A DNA stretch of 64,000 bases from an uncultured Gammaproteobacteria bacterium (GTDB lineage Bacteria; Pseudomonadota; Gammaproteobacteria; UBA6002), in the NCBI GenBank assembly GCA_963705725.1, contig CAVPKM010000016.1:64001-128000 (forward strand), written 5' to 3'. Under the pieces are notes generated by a model that made no database searches, was not told where the DNA came from, and saw nothing but the letters and a program-made list of their open reading frames with translations. A program made the translations under genes and the position numbers. Shown here in pieces: positions 14,056-23,076 of this stretch (positions are counted from its first letter, which is position 1; the number at the start of each line of letters is the position of its first letter).

Positions 14056-14964
14056 TTACTTATTCTGGTTATCGCTATCCAGATGCTGCAAGATAGTGTC
14101 GAGTTGTGTTTTTGATTTATAATGAACAATTAATTTGCCTTTATTTTCATCTTTATTCTTGATGGTTACTCTTGCGCCAAGACGTTTACTGAGCGATTTT
14201 TCGATTTGAACCAGATTTTGATCCCTTTCTACACGAATAGGAATATCATAAAGATTAATTAACCGACGAATATAAAGTTCTGTCTCTCGAACCGACATGC
14301 CTTTTAAAACTATTTGCGCTGCAACTTGACACTGTCTTTCTTCATCAAGTGATAACAATGCTCTTGCATGACCCATTTCTATCTCGCCTTTTTCGACCAT
14401 CCGCTTGACTTCAGGGGGCAATACCAACAATCGCAACAAGTTACTAATTGTGGCCCGAGATTTGCCTACTATAGTTGCGATTTGTTGATGAGTGAGTGAA
14501 AATTCTTGACTCAAGCGATGCAGGGCCATCGCTTCTTCAATAGCATTCAGATCTTCTCTTTGAATATTTTCAATTAACGCTACTGCAATCGCGGCTTCAT
14601 CTGGAATTTCTTTGATTAAAGCAGGGATTTCTTTTAATCCTGCTAGTTGAGCTGCACGCCAACGCCTTTCCCCAGCTACGATTTCATATTTATCATTTCC
14701 AACTAAGCGAATAACAATGGGTTGAATTATGCCTTGTGATCGAATGGATTCGGCAAGTTCTTCTAATCCGGTAGAATCTACATCCCGTCTTGGTTGGTAC
14801 TTTCCTGGTTGAATCCTATCGAGGGGTACCTGCTTCAAATCGGATTCTTGCAGCTGGTTAGTCTTGGGTTTTTCCTGCGTATTTTCAGATGTCATGCGAC
14901 TGAGTAATTCATTTAAACCCAGGTCATGCAAACTGCGACCCAGGCCTCTTTTTTTAACCGACAT
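14056..14964 (-). CDS. parB: Chromosome partitioning protein ParB
   Basis: KRGLGRSL, QPR, AGERRWRAA, ENIQREDL, HTH GKSR. Confidence 0.97.
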   Translation of the reverse strand: MSVKKRGLGRSLHDLGLNELLSRMTSENTQEKPKTNQLQESDLKQVPLDRIQPGKYQPRRDVDSTGLEELAESIRSQGIIQPIVIRLVGNDKYEIVAGERRWRAAQLAGLKEIPALIKEIPDEAAIAVALIENIQREDLNAIEEAMALHRLSQEFSLTHQQIATIVGKSRATISNLLRLLVLPPEVKRMVEKGEIEMGHARALLSLDEERQCQVAAQIVLKGMSVRETELYIRRLINLYDIPIRVERDQNLVQIEKSLSKRLGARVTIKNKDENKGKLIVHYKSKTQLDTILQHLDSDNQNK

Positions 14965-15742
14965 TAACTGCTTCCTCCTGGGTCATCCGCCTGCGAATTA
15001 ATTCACCTGCTAATGCGAGATAGGCTGCCGCGCCTTGCGATTTATCATCGTAAAGTATAATAGGCAATCCATGACTCGGTGCTTCTGCCAAGCGTACATT
15101 TCTTGGAATAACTGTTTGAAATATTTTGTCTTTAAATAAATGGCTTAATTGCTCTGACACTTCGACGGTCAAACGATTTCGACCATCATACATGGTACGG
15201 AGCAATCCTTCGATTTTCAAAGTAGGATTAACCGATTGCTGTAGTTGCTCAATCGTTGTTAATAATCCCGCTAAACCTTCCATCGCATAGTATTCACATT
15301 GCATAGGAATAAGGACTGAATCGGCTGCAACCAGTGCGTTTACAGTCAACATATTGAGAGCAGGTGGACAATCGATAATAATGAAATCATAAGCATCTAA
15401 CAGTATGGCTAAACTTTCTTTAAGAAAATACTCGCGGTTTTCCTCTTTAAGCAAGCGAATTTCTGCGACAGTCAACAAATGATTAGCAGGAATCATATCA
15501 TAATTCCCTGATGTCTTTTGTCTTACCTCTAATAAGGTATTCTCTTTCAGCAATACTTGATTTATTGTCAATGACTCGGGAGTGAGCTTAATTCCGCTTC
15601 CTACGGTGGCATTGCCTTGAGGATCCAAATCGATGAGTAATATACGACGTTTCGTCGCAGCAAGAGAGGCAGCAAGATTAACAGATGTAGTGGTTTTCCC
15701 AACGCCACCTTTTTGATTAGCAACTGCAATCACCTTATTCAT
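14954..15742 (-). CDS. parA: Chromosome partitioning ATPase ParA/Soj
   Basis: NQKGGVGKTT, DLDPQGNA, PRNVRLAEAPS. Confidence 0.97.
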   Translation of the reverse strand: MNKVIAVANQKGGVGKTTTSVNLAASLAATKRRILLIDLDPQGNATVGSGIKLTPESLTINQVLLKENTLLEVRQKTSGNYDMIPANHLLTVAEIRLLKEENREYFLKESLAILLDAYDFIIIDCPPALNMLTVNALVAADSVLIPMQCEYYAMEGLAGLLTTIEQLQQSVNPTLKIEGLLRTMYDGRNRLTVEVSEQLSHLFKDKIFQTVIPRNVRLAEAPSHGLPIILYDDKSQGAAAYLALAGELIRRRMTQEEAVNVG

Positions 15743-16368
15743 TAATCTACCCTTATGCGAACTAAATGGCGCCTCTCATCAAGAAACGGAATAATTAAGC
15801 GATGAACTTTAGCACGATTAGGTAGATTTTGCAGCTCTGCTTGCGGATAGGCTCCTTTCATAATCAATAATTCGCCGTCATGGCAAAGTAATTTTTTGGT
15901 CACTTGCAGTATGTTTTCGATAGAAGAATAGGCCCTAGCAGTGATGCAATCAAAACAAAAAGCGGGCTGATATTTTTCAATTCGATTTTGAACAATCTCC
16001 ACATTATGAATACCTAACTCAGCTGCCGCCTGCGTTAAAAATCTTGTCTTCTTACCATTGCTATCTAGTAATACCACTTGAACCTGTTCTTTTATTAAAG
16101 CACATGGTAGCCCAGGAAATCCTGCTCCTGAACCCACATCAAGCAAGCGCGTGCCATGGAGAAAGGCAATAATGCTGAGACTATCAAGAATATGATGAGT
16201 AATAATTTCGTTAGGTTCGGTAATGGCGGTGAGATTGAATACTTTATTCCATTTTATTAGAAGCTGCATATATTGCATAAGCTTTTCTGCGTTAACTTCT
16301 GTGATGGTTAACCCTAATTGCTCGATTCCCAAATAAAGTTTAGCTAACAATCGGTTGTAATTTTGCAT
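15742..16368 (-). CDS. rsmG: 16S rRNA m7G527 methyltransferase (GidB)
   Basis: [25 protein letters not shown]. Confidence 0.96.
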   Translation of the reverse strand: MQNYNRLLAKLYLGIEQLGLTITEVNAEKLMQYMQLLIKWNKVFNLTAITEPNEIITHHILDSLSIIAFLHGTRLLDVGSGAGFPGLPCALIKEQVQVVLLDSNGKKTRFLTQAAAELGIHNVEIVQNRIEKYQPAFCFDCITARAYSSIENILQVTKKLLCHDGELLIMKGAYPQAELQNLPNRAKVHRLIIPFLDERRHLVRIRVD

Positions 16369-18223
16369 GTTTTTTAATATGTATCAGCAACAACGAAATT
16401 GCCGCAGGAGTGACCCCTGGAATGCGAGAAGCTTGTCCAATTGTGGTAGGTTTAATCAAATTTAATTTTTGTTTCACTTCATTTGACAACCCTGGCACTT
16501 TTTCAAAATCCATCCGCTTTGGAATAGGGGTATTTTCATTTTTACGTTGTCTTTGTATTTCTTCCTCTTGGCGCTTGATATAACCTTCATATTTCGCTTG
16601 TATTTCGACCTGAGTCGCCACCTCCTGATCTAATACTTTTTCAATCCCCACTAATGAAATTAAATTTTCATATTTCGCTTCAGGTCGTTTCAATAAATCT
16701 ATTATTCGATATTCGCGCTCAAGTGGTTTTCCAAATAATTCGCCAAGCTTTAAACTATTTTCATGATTTGGTCTTACCCAGATTGAGTGAAGGCGGGTAA
16801 TTTCGTTATTTAATGTGGTTTGTTTATGCTCAAATCGTTGCCAACGCTTATCATCCACTAACCCCAACTCTCTTCCAATAGGAGTTAACCGAAGATCTGC
16901 ATTGTCTTCTCTTAAAGTTAACCGATATTCTGCTCGGCTAGTAAACATTCGATAAGGTTCTTGTGTACCCGCTGTGATGAGATCATCAATTAACACGCCA
17001 ATATAAGCCTCGTCTCTTTTCGGATACCAGCCAGCTAATCCTTTAGCACGACGCGCCGCATTAAGTCCTGCAATTAAACCTTGTGCACCCGCCTCTTCAT
17101 ACCCGGTTGTTCCGTTAATCTGTCCTGCAAAATATAAACCAGCAATCTTTTTTGTTTCTAAGTAAGGAGAAAGATCTCGCGGATCAAAAAAATCATATTC
17201 AATCGCATATCCTGGACGGGTAATATGGGCATTTTCTAAGCCAACAATTGAGTGAATAAATTTTTCTTGAACGTCAAAAGGTAGGCTGGTAGAAACGCCA
17301 TTTGGATAAACTTCATGAGTAGAAAGCCCTTCTGGTTCAATAAAAATTTGATGGCTTAATTTGTCCGCAAAACGCACAACTTTATCTTCAATTGACGGAC
17401 AATATCGTGGCCCAACTCCTTCTATTACACCGGTATACATGGGTGAACGGTCAAAATTTTCCAGGATGTAGGCATGAGTTTTTTCATTAGTTTGAGTAAT
17501 ATAGCAGTTAATTTGCGCAGGATGTGCAGGGATATTTAGAAAAGAAAAATGGGGAATAGGTGTGTCGCCGGGTTGAACCTGCAACTTGGTGTAATCAATG
17601 GTCCTACCATCTAAACGTGGCGGCGTACCTGTTTTGAGGCGATTGACTCGAAAAGGTAATTCACGAAGGCGTGCTGCCAAGGATAACGAAGGAGAATCTC
17701 CCGCCCTTCCACCTTGATGATTTTCAAGCCCAATATGAATTTTTCCATTCAAAAATGTACCAGCGGTTAGGACGACTTGCCTTGCATAGAAGGCTACACC
17801 CATCTCTGTTTTTACCCCTACTACTTGATCACCTTCTAATAAAATATCCTCAACGGGTTGTTGAAAAATTCTAAGATTTGGTTGGCTTTCAAGTTTAGAT
17901 CTGATTGCTCGCTTATAAAGCATGCGATCTGCCTGTGCCCGTGTTGCTTGAACTGCCGGGCCCTTGCTTGAATTAAGGATTCTAAAATGAATACCCGCTT
18001 CATCAATCGCTTCAGCCATCACACCGCCTAGGGCATCGATTTCTTTCACCAGCTGTCCCTTGCCAAGACCACCAATAGCAGGATTACAAGACATTTGGCC
18101 GATTGTTTCAATATTATGTGTCAATAATAAAGTATTCGCACCCAGCCTAGCAGCAGCTGAAGCAGCTTCAGTTCCAGCGTGACCGCCGCCAACAATAATT
18201 ACATCAAAATGGTAAATTGACAT
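16340..18223 (-). CDS. mnmG: tRNA uridine modification enzyme MnmG (GidA)
   Basis: [38 protein letters not shown]. Confidence 0.98.
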   Translation of the reverse strand: MSIYHFDVIIVGGGHAGTEAASAAARLGANTLLLTHNIETIGQMSCNPAIGGLGKGQLVKEIDALGGVMAEAIDEAGIHFRILNSSKGPAVQATRAQADRMLYKRAIRSKLESQPNLRIFQQPVEDILLEGDQVVGVKTEMGVAFYARQVVLTAGTFLNGKIHIGLENHQGGRAGDSPSLSLAARLRELPFRVNRLKTGTPPRLDGRTIDYTKLQVQPGDTPIPHFSFLNIPAHPAQINCYITQTNEKTHAYILENFDRSPMYTGVIEGVGPRYCPSIEDKVVRFADKLSHQIFIEPEGLSTHEVYPNGVSTSLPFDVQEKFIHSIVGLENAHITRPGYAIEYDFFDPRDLSPYLETKKIAGLYFAGQINGTTGYEEAGAQGLIAGLNAARRAKGLAGWYPKRDEAYIGVLIDDLITAGTQEPYRMFTSRAEYRLTLREDNADLRLTPIGRELGLVDDKRWQRFEHKQTTLNNEITRLHSIWVRPNHENSLKLGELFGKPLEREYRIIDLLKRPEAKYENLISLVGIEKVLDQEVATQVEIQAKYEGYIKRQEEEIQRQRKNENTPIPKRMDFEKVPGLSNEVKQKLNLIKPTTIGQASRIPGVTPAAISLLLIHIKKHAKLQPIVS

Positions 18224-18226
18224 TTA

Positions 18227-19576
18227 TCACTTTCCTATGCAGAAAGAAGAAAAAATTTCACCTAATAAATCATCTGCCGTAAAAATTCCGGTAATTTCAG
18301 ATAAAGCTTGCTGTGCATTGCGAAGTTCTTCCGCTAGAAGTTCTCCTGCAGTCAATTGTGCCGTTGCCTCCTGAAAATGTTGTAATGCACGTATTAAGGC
18401 ATTGAGATGTCGACTCCTCGCACTAAAGAGCGTATTTTCACAGGTATATCCCATGCATTTTTTTAGATGAGCTTTTAAAAGCGGTAAACCTAAGGCCGTT
18501 TTAGCTGAAATCTGAATCACTGGTAGATTTAATTTTTCAAGCTGATAACTAATTGCAGATTCTTCTGTTAAATCAATTTTATTTTTAACAATTATAAGGC
18601 GATCGAAATGATCGCTGAATTGTTGTACCAAGGGATGATTTTCAAAATTAAACTGATCCTCTTGTGCATCTAAAATTAGCAATATTCTATCTGCATTGGA
18701 TATTTCATTCAGCGCGCGATTGACTCCTTCTAATTCAATTGCATCTTCTGTTTGACGTAAACCTGCTGTATCTAATAAATACAATGGCATCCCATCTATC
18801 AGGATGGTCTCACGAATAACATCTCGAGTGGTTCCTGCTGTGCTACTCACAATGGCTGCATCAATACCAGCTAGCGCATTCAACAGGCTCGATTTGCCTG
18901 CATTAGGATGCCCAACAATCACTACCTTCATCCCCTCTTTCAAGGTAGCACCTTGTCTTGCTTCTGCCAAAATAGTGCGGGTTTGCGAAATCAATTCTTC
19001 AAGTTTTTCTTTAATTCTTCCCTCTGACAAAAAATCGACTTCTTCTTCAGGAAAATCAATTGCAGCTTCGACATAAGTACGTAAACGCGTAACCGCCTCA
19101 ACTAGGGTAGTAATTTTTCTTGAAAAAACTCCCTGCAACGACCTCATCGCACTACGCGCTGCTTCTTGCGATTGGGCAGCAATCACATCTGCAGTGGCTT
19201 CTGCTTGAGTAAGATCCATTTTTCCGTTTAAAAAAGCTCTTTCAGTAAATTCTCCTGGACGAGCAAGGCGTGCACCAAGCTCAATGACTCGTTGTAATAC
19301 TAAGTCCAAGATAAAAACACCACCATGCCCATGCAATTCAAGCACGTCTTCTCCGGTAAAAGAATGCGGTTTATTGAAGAATATCGCGAGTCCTTCATCA
19401 AGGATATGATTTTCACCATCTACAAAACGGGCAAAAGTGGCATGCCTAGGATCCGGAATTTCACCTAAAATCGCCTTAGCAATGGGCTGACAAAGTTGTC
19501 CAGAAATTCTTATAATTCCTACTCCGCCCATGCCAGAAGCTGTAGCACGAGCGGCAATTGTATCACTAGACGACAC
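18227..19576 (-). CDS. mnmE: tRNA modification GTPase MnmE
   Basis: GHPNAGKSS, GTTRD, DTAG, C-terminal FCIGK. Confidence 0.98.
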   Translation of the reverse strand: MSSSDTIAARATASGMGGVGIIRISGQLCQPIAKAILGEIPDPRHATFARFVDGENHILDEGLAIFFNKPHSFTGEDVLELHGHGGVFILDLVLQRVIELGARLARPGEFTERAFLNGKMDLTQAEATADVIAAQSQEAARSAMRSLQGVFSRKITTLVEAVTRLRTYVEAAIDFPEEEVDFLSEGRIKEKLEELISQTRTILAEARQGATLKEGMKVVIVGHPNAGKSSLLNALAGIDAAIVSSTAGTTRDVIRETILIDGMPLYLLDTAGLRQTEDAIELEGVNRALNEISNADRILLILDAQEDQFNFENHPLVQQFSDHFDRLIIVKNKIDLTEESAISYQLEKLNLPVIQISAKTALGLPLLKAHLKKCMGYTCENTLFSARSRHLNALIRALQHFQEATAQLTAGELLAEELRNAQQALSEITGIFTADDLLGEIFSSFCIGK

Positions 19577-21230
19577 GCGGAGCCTTTATTGGCTTTCTTT
19601 TACCGGCATTTTCAACTTTTCGCATAATGTACCATTGTTGCAAAATGGATAAACAGTTATTCACAATCCAATATAACACTAAGCCAGCAGGAAAACTGAC
19701 GAATAAAATGGTGAACACCACGGGAAATAGCATCATGATTTTAGCTTGAACCGGATCGGGTGGTGGAGGATTAAGCTTTTGCTGCACCATCCAACTTAAC
19801 CCCATTAAAATAGGTAATACATAGTAAGGATCTTTCACCGATAAGTCATGTATCCAGAAAATAAAAGGCGCCTGCCTTAATTGTACGCTTTCAATTAAGA
19901 CATAATACAAAGCAATGAACACAGGAATCTGGATAATCATCGGCAAGCAACCACCTAAGGGATTGACTTTTTCTTTCCGATAAAGCTCCATGGTGGCTTG
20001 ACTGAGTTTCGCGCGATCGTCTGCATAACGCTCTTTCAAAGCCAATAAATTTGGCTGTAAATTACGCATCCTCGCCATTGATCGATAGCTGGTTTCAGAA
20101 AGTTTGTAAAACAACAGCTTGATGAATACAGTGACCAAGATAATCGCAAGCCCCCAGTTATGCACAAAGCGATAAATGAGATCCATGATTTTAAAAATGG
20201 GGTCTGAAAATATCCAAAGCCAACCATAATCAATGACTAAATCTAAATGCGGAGCAACTTGTTGTAGATTATTTTTTAGTTCTGGACCTGAATAAAGTTT
20301 GGTACTAAAAGTTTGGTCTCCCTTTGCCGGAATCTTCACCTCTGGAGTTTCAAAGCCAACAGTGTAAATACGATCCACGGGCTTATTTGTCTCTCCTATG
20401 GCTTGCGTTTTACTATAGTATCGCAATGTTTCATCGGCAGGGGGTACCCAGGCGCTTGCGAAATAGCGCTGCTGCATCGCTATCCAGCCTCCTTTAATCA
20501 TGCGATCCAAATTTTCTTTATCTAATTTACTGTAACTTAGCTTCTCATAAGGTGTTTGTGGACTAGAAATCGCGGCACCGGAATAGGTATGCAGTCCTAA
20601 CATATTTCCGCCATCAGAGATGCCTCTTCTAGTGATATCTGTCTTCATTACCACGTTAAGCGGAGTGTTTGATCGATTTACCAGCGAATAATTCACGCTA
20701 ATGTCATATTTTCCTGGCTTAAAAACATAGGTTTTCTGAATAGTTTTTTCTTTATCCTTCCAGGTTAATACCACAGAAAGTTCCTTACTATCTGGGGCAA
20801 GACGATAATGCATTTGAGGTGAGGTAAATAGTAATTGTTGAGTGTTTTGATCATTATTCAAAACTAGATTATTTTGTGCTGCATAGTACTGACTGGGGTT
20901 TTCAGTGAGTAAGGTTACGGGAGTATTGGGAGTTTCATAAGCAACAGGATAATCAGGCAGCTGCAAAGAAATAATATTGCCACCTAATTTATCAATTTTG
21001 ACAGCTAATGTATCGGTATTCACTTCTATCGTTCGGTCCTGAGAAGAGGAAACGGGTTGTGTTGAAATTGTTGTAGCTTGCTGCTGTTGATGCGCAGAAG
21101 CAGGCACTGCCGCGATATGATTAAAACTTACCTCAGCTTGAGGCTTTGGATAATCTTTTTGCCAAGCGGTCCAGAATAAAAACCCTACAATGGCAAGTGA
21201 AAAATAAAGGAGAATTTTTTTATCGAACAT
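19566..21230 (-). CDS. yidC: Membrane protein insertase YidC
   Basis: DYGWLW, NWGLAII, NPLGGCLP, DPYYVLP. Confidence 0.97.
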   Translation of the reverse strand: MFDKKILLYFSLAIVGFLFWTAWQKDYPKPQAEVSFNHIAAVPASAHQQQQATTISTQPVSSSQDRTIEVNTDTLAVKIDKLGGNIISLQLPDYPVAYETPNTPVTLLTENPSQYYAAQNNLVLNNDQNTQQLLFTSPQMHYRLAPDSKELSVVLTWKDKEKTIQKTYVFKPGKYDISVNYSLVNRSNTPLNVVMKTDITRRGISDGGNMLGLHTYSGAAISSPQTPYEKLSYSKLDKENLDRMIKGGWIAMQQRYFASAWVPPADETLRYYSKTQAIGETNKPVDRIYTVGFETPEVKIPAKGDQTFSTKLYSGPELKNNLQQVAPHLDLVIDYGWLWIFSDPIFKIMDLIYRFVHNWGLAIILVTVFIKLLFYKLSETSYRSMARMRNLQPNLLALKERYADDRAKLSQATMELYRKEKVNPLGGCLPMIIQIPVFIALYYVLIESVQLRQAPFIFWIHDLSVKDPYYVLPILMGLSWMVQQKLNPPPPDPVQAKIMMLFPVVFTILFVSFPAGLVLYWIVNNCLSILQQWYIMRKVENAGKRKPIKAPRVV

Positions 21231-21495
21231 GACTTTTTACTTTTGAGTGATTAATAAATTTATTTGCAATAACGGGGTCGTACCCACCAGGACCAAATGG
21301 ATGACAACGTAGTAATCGCCATGTAATTAACATGACTGCTTTAACCAGATGATGGGTTTCGAGCGCCTCAATGGCATAATCCGAACAAGAGGGAAAAAAC
21401 CGGCATCGATGCCCTATTAATGGGCTAACCACATACTGATAGCCACGTAGACTACCAATCACTCCTTTCCGAAGTATCTGATTAGCTTTTCCCAC
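21220..21495 (-). CDS. yidD: Membrane protein insertion efficiency factor YidD
   Basis: CRFFPSCSDY, RLLRCHPF.GGYDPV. Start uncertain (GTG 21495 chosen; ORF extends to 21510). Confidence 0.9.
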   Translation of the reverse strand: MGKANQILRKGVIGSLRGYQYVVSPLIGHRCRFFPSCSDYAIEALETHHLVKAVMLITWRLLRCHPFGPGGYDPVIANKFINHSKVKSHVR

Positions 21496-21824
21496 ACAAT
21501 ATCTAAACATGCTTTGATCTCAAGGTTATTCTGCAAAGACGTATCGAAGTAAACTTGAAACACCATATCAAGGTGGATCATCTGTTTATGATTCCATTGC
21601 CTAAAACTTTCCCTGATTATTCTTTTGATTCGATTGCGATCAACTGCCAGGCGCACTTGCTTTTTAGGTATGGAAATACCAACTCGACTATGAGTTTGTT
21701 CATTTCTACAAACTAGTGCGGTTATTCCTTGATACCGAAATTTCTTGGATTGCTTGAAGACTCGCTGAAAACTTGTAGCGTGACTTAACCTTACTTCCCT
21801 AGGAAAGGTATGCTTTTTAAGCAC
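21459..21824 (-). CDS. rnpA: Ribonuclease P protein component
   Basis: [25 protein letters not shown] (RNR motif). Confidence 0.94.
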   Translation of the reverse strand: MLKKHTFPREVRLSHATSFQRVFKQSKKFRYQGITALVCRNEQTHSRVGISIPKKQVRLAVDRNRIKRIIRESFRQWNHKQMIHLDMVFQVYFDTSLQNNLEIKACLDIVWEKLIRYFGKE

Positions 21825-21951
21825 TTAGACGTTTTCTACCCTTGCTTCTTCGATTTTTTATTACTTGCCGGCCTTTAGCCGTTGCCATTCTGGCTAAAAA
21901 GCCATGCACGCGTTTTCGTTTCAAGTTACTTGGCTGAAAGGTTCTTTTCAT
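21817..21951 (-). CDS. rpmH: 50S ribosomal protein L34
   Basis: [18 protein letters not shown], 44 aa from ATG 21951. Confidence 0.98.
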   Translation of the reverse strand: MKRTFQPSNLKRKRVHGFLARMATAKGRQVIKNRRSKGRKRLSA

Positions 21952-22089
21952 AACGTATCTCTTAATTTCAGATAAAACACTTAAGGATAACAGGATGAAA
22001 AAATTTTTCAACAGAAGAATGGCAAGAAGTATTTACTCATCTTGCGCATGACCAAGCGCCTATCATGCTCGTAAAGAAGGTATCCATCC

Positions 22090-22300
22090 ATTAACTAAGC
22101 AACAATAATAATTATAATTATATATATTATTGTTGTTATTAAGTGAATGTTTTTTGTGGATAACTTTATTTATTTAAACTAAATCAAATAGTTACAAACG
22201 ATTTAAGCGTTTTATCCTTGTGGATAATCAGGGGGCGAACACTTAACAACATTGTGATAAGTTTACTGTGAACAAAGCGACTACAATTTACTAACAGAAA
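22090..22300. other. Putative replication origin (oriC)
   Basis: AT-rich unwinding-like tract 22100-22140; perfect DnaA boxes TGTGGATAA at 22155-22163 and 22219-22227; perfect IHF consensus WATCAANNNNTTR (AATCAAATAGTTA) at 22182-22194 between them; weaker box TGTGAACAA at 22267; adjacent to the rpmH/gid/par genes. Confidence 0.75.
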
Positions 22301-22315
22301 AATAACAAGATATCC

Positions 22316-22348
22316 TATACACTCTCATCAAATCACGAATGGGTATAT
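22316..22348. repeat. Repeat family B, eroded copy
   Basis: TATACACTC...TCACGAATGGGTATAT resembles TCACAAAGGGTATAT at 52216-52230. Confidence 0.45.
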
Positions 22349-22392
22349 TGCTCCCAAGGCTCTGGTGCAATCACTAGCCTTCTGGTATATTT

Positions 22393-22566
22393 TTAGCTAT
22401 TCAGCACAGGGTTGAAACGTCCATATTTTTGCCATCTTCGAACAAAAAATTTAATTAAAACTGCTCACATACTTTTGTATGCTCCGCTTTTTAATTAAAT
22501 TTTTTGTCCGAATCTGGCTAAAATCTGAACGTTTAGCAACTTCTAGCATTTGTGCTGAATAGTTGC
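22393..22566. mobile_element. Repeat family A, full-length palindromic MITE-like element (~174 bp)
   Basis: Perfect 12-bp TIR core CTATTCAGCACA (22397-22408)/TGTGCTGAATAG (22551-22562); nested stem 22415-22434/22515-22534 (17/20); perfect 19-bp stem 22442-22460/22489-22507; central CATAC-TTTT-GTATG hairpin; non-coding. Confidence 0.85.
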
Positions 22567-22618
22567 TATTTTTAGGTAACAATTTGTCTGGATCGGTTAA
22601 TTTTTCAAGGAAGGTCAA

Positions 22619-23050
22619 ATGGAAAAGTATCAGAAAATTTTGTTGGCGTTAGAACTGAATCAAACCTGTGATAATCTCCCTAGTCAGCGAGCGATGCAAT
22701 TAGTGGCTGACTTTAATGCAGAGCTTTATCTTTTGCATGTTATTGAGCATCTCAGCAGTTACGGCGCGGCTTATGGCGTTGCGGCAGGCGCGGATATTGA
22801 AGAAACATTGATGCAAAATGCCCGAGAAGAAATATACAAGGTTGCAAAAAAGCTTAATGTTTCAGAAAGTAACCAGTTGATTAAAGTTGGACCTGCTAAA
22901 TCTGTTATCTTAGAAGAAGCAGAAGACCTTGGGATTGATTTGATCATAGTTGGCAGTCACGGTAGGCATGGCATCCGTTTGTTGCTTGGCTCTACTGCAA
23001 ATGCCGTTTTACATGGCGCAAAATGTGATGTGTTAGCTGTTAGGGTATAG
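22619..23050 (+). CDS. uspA: Universal stress protein A family
   Basis: YQKILLAL, DLIIVGSHGRHG..LLGSTANAVLH.AKCDVLAV. Confidence 0.92.
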   Translation: MEKYQKILLALELNQTCDNLPSQRAMQLVADFNAELYLLHVIEHLSSYGAAYGVAAGADIEETLMQNAREEIYKVAKKLNVSESNQLIKVGPAKSVILEEAEDLGIDLIIVGSHGRHGIRLLLGSTANAVLHGAKCDVLAVRV

Positions 23051-23076
23051 TTCTGGGGTTCGCATCACGCAAGATG

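Noticed and set aside
18224-18226. E. coli-type oriC upstream of mnmG/gidA
   Set aside because: Only 3 bp separate mnmE and mnmG.
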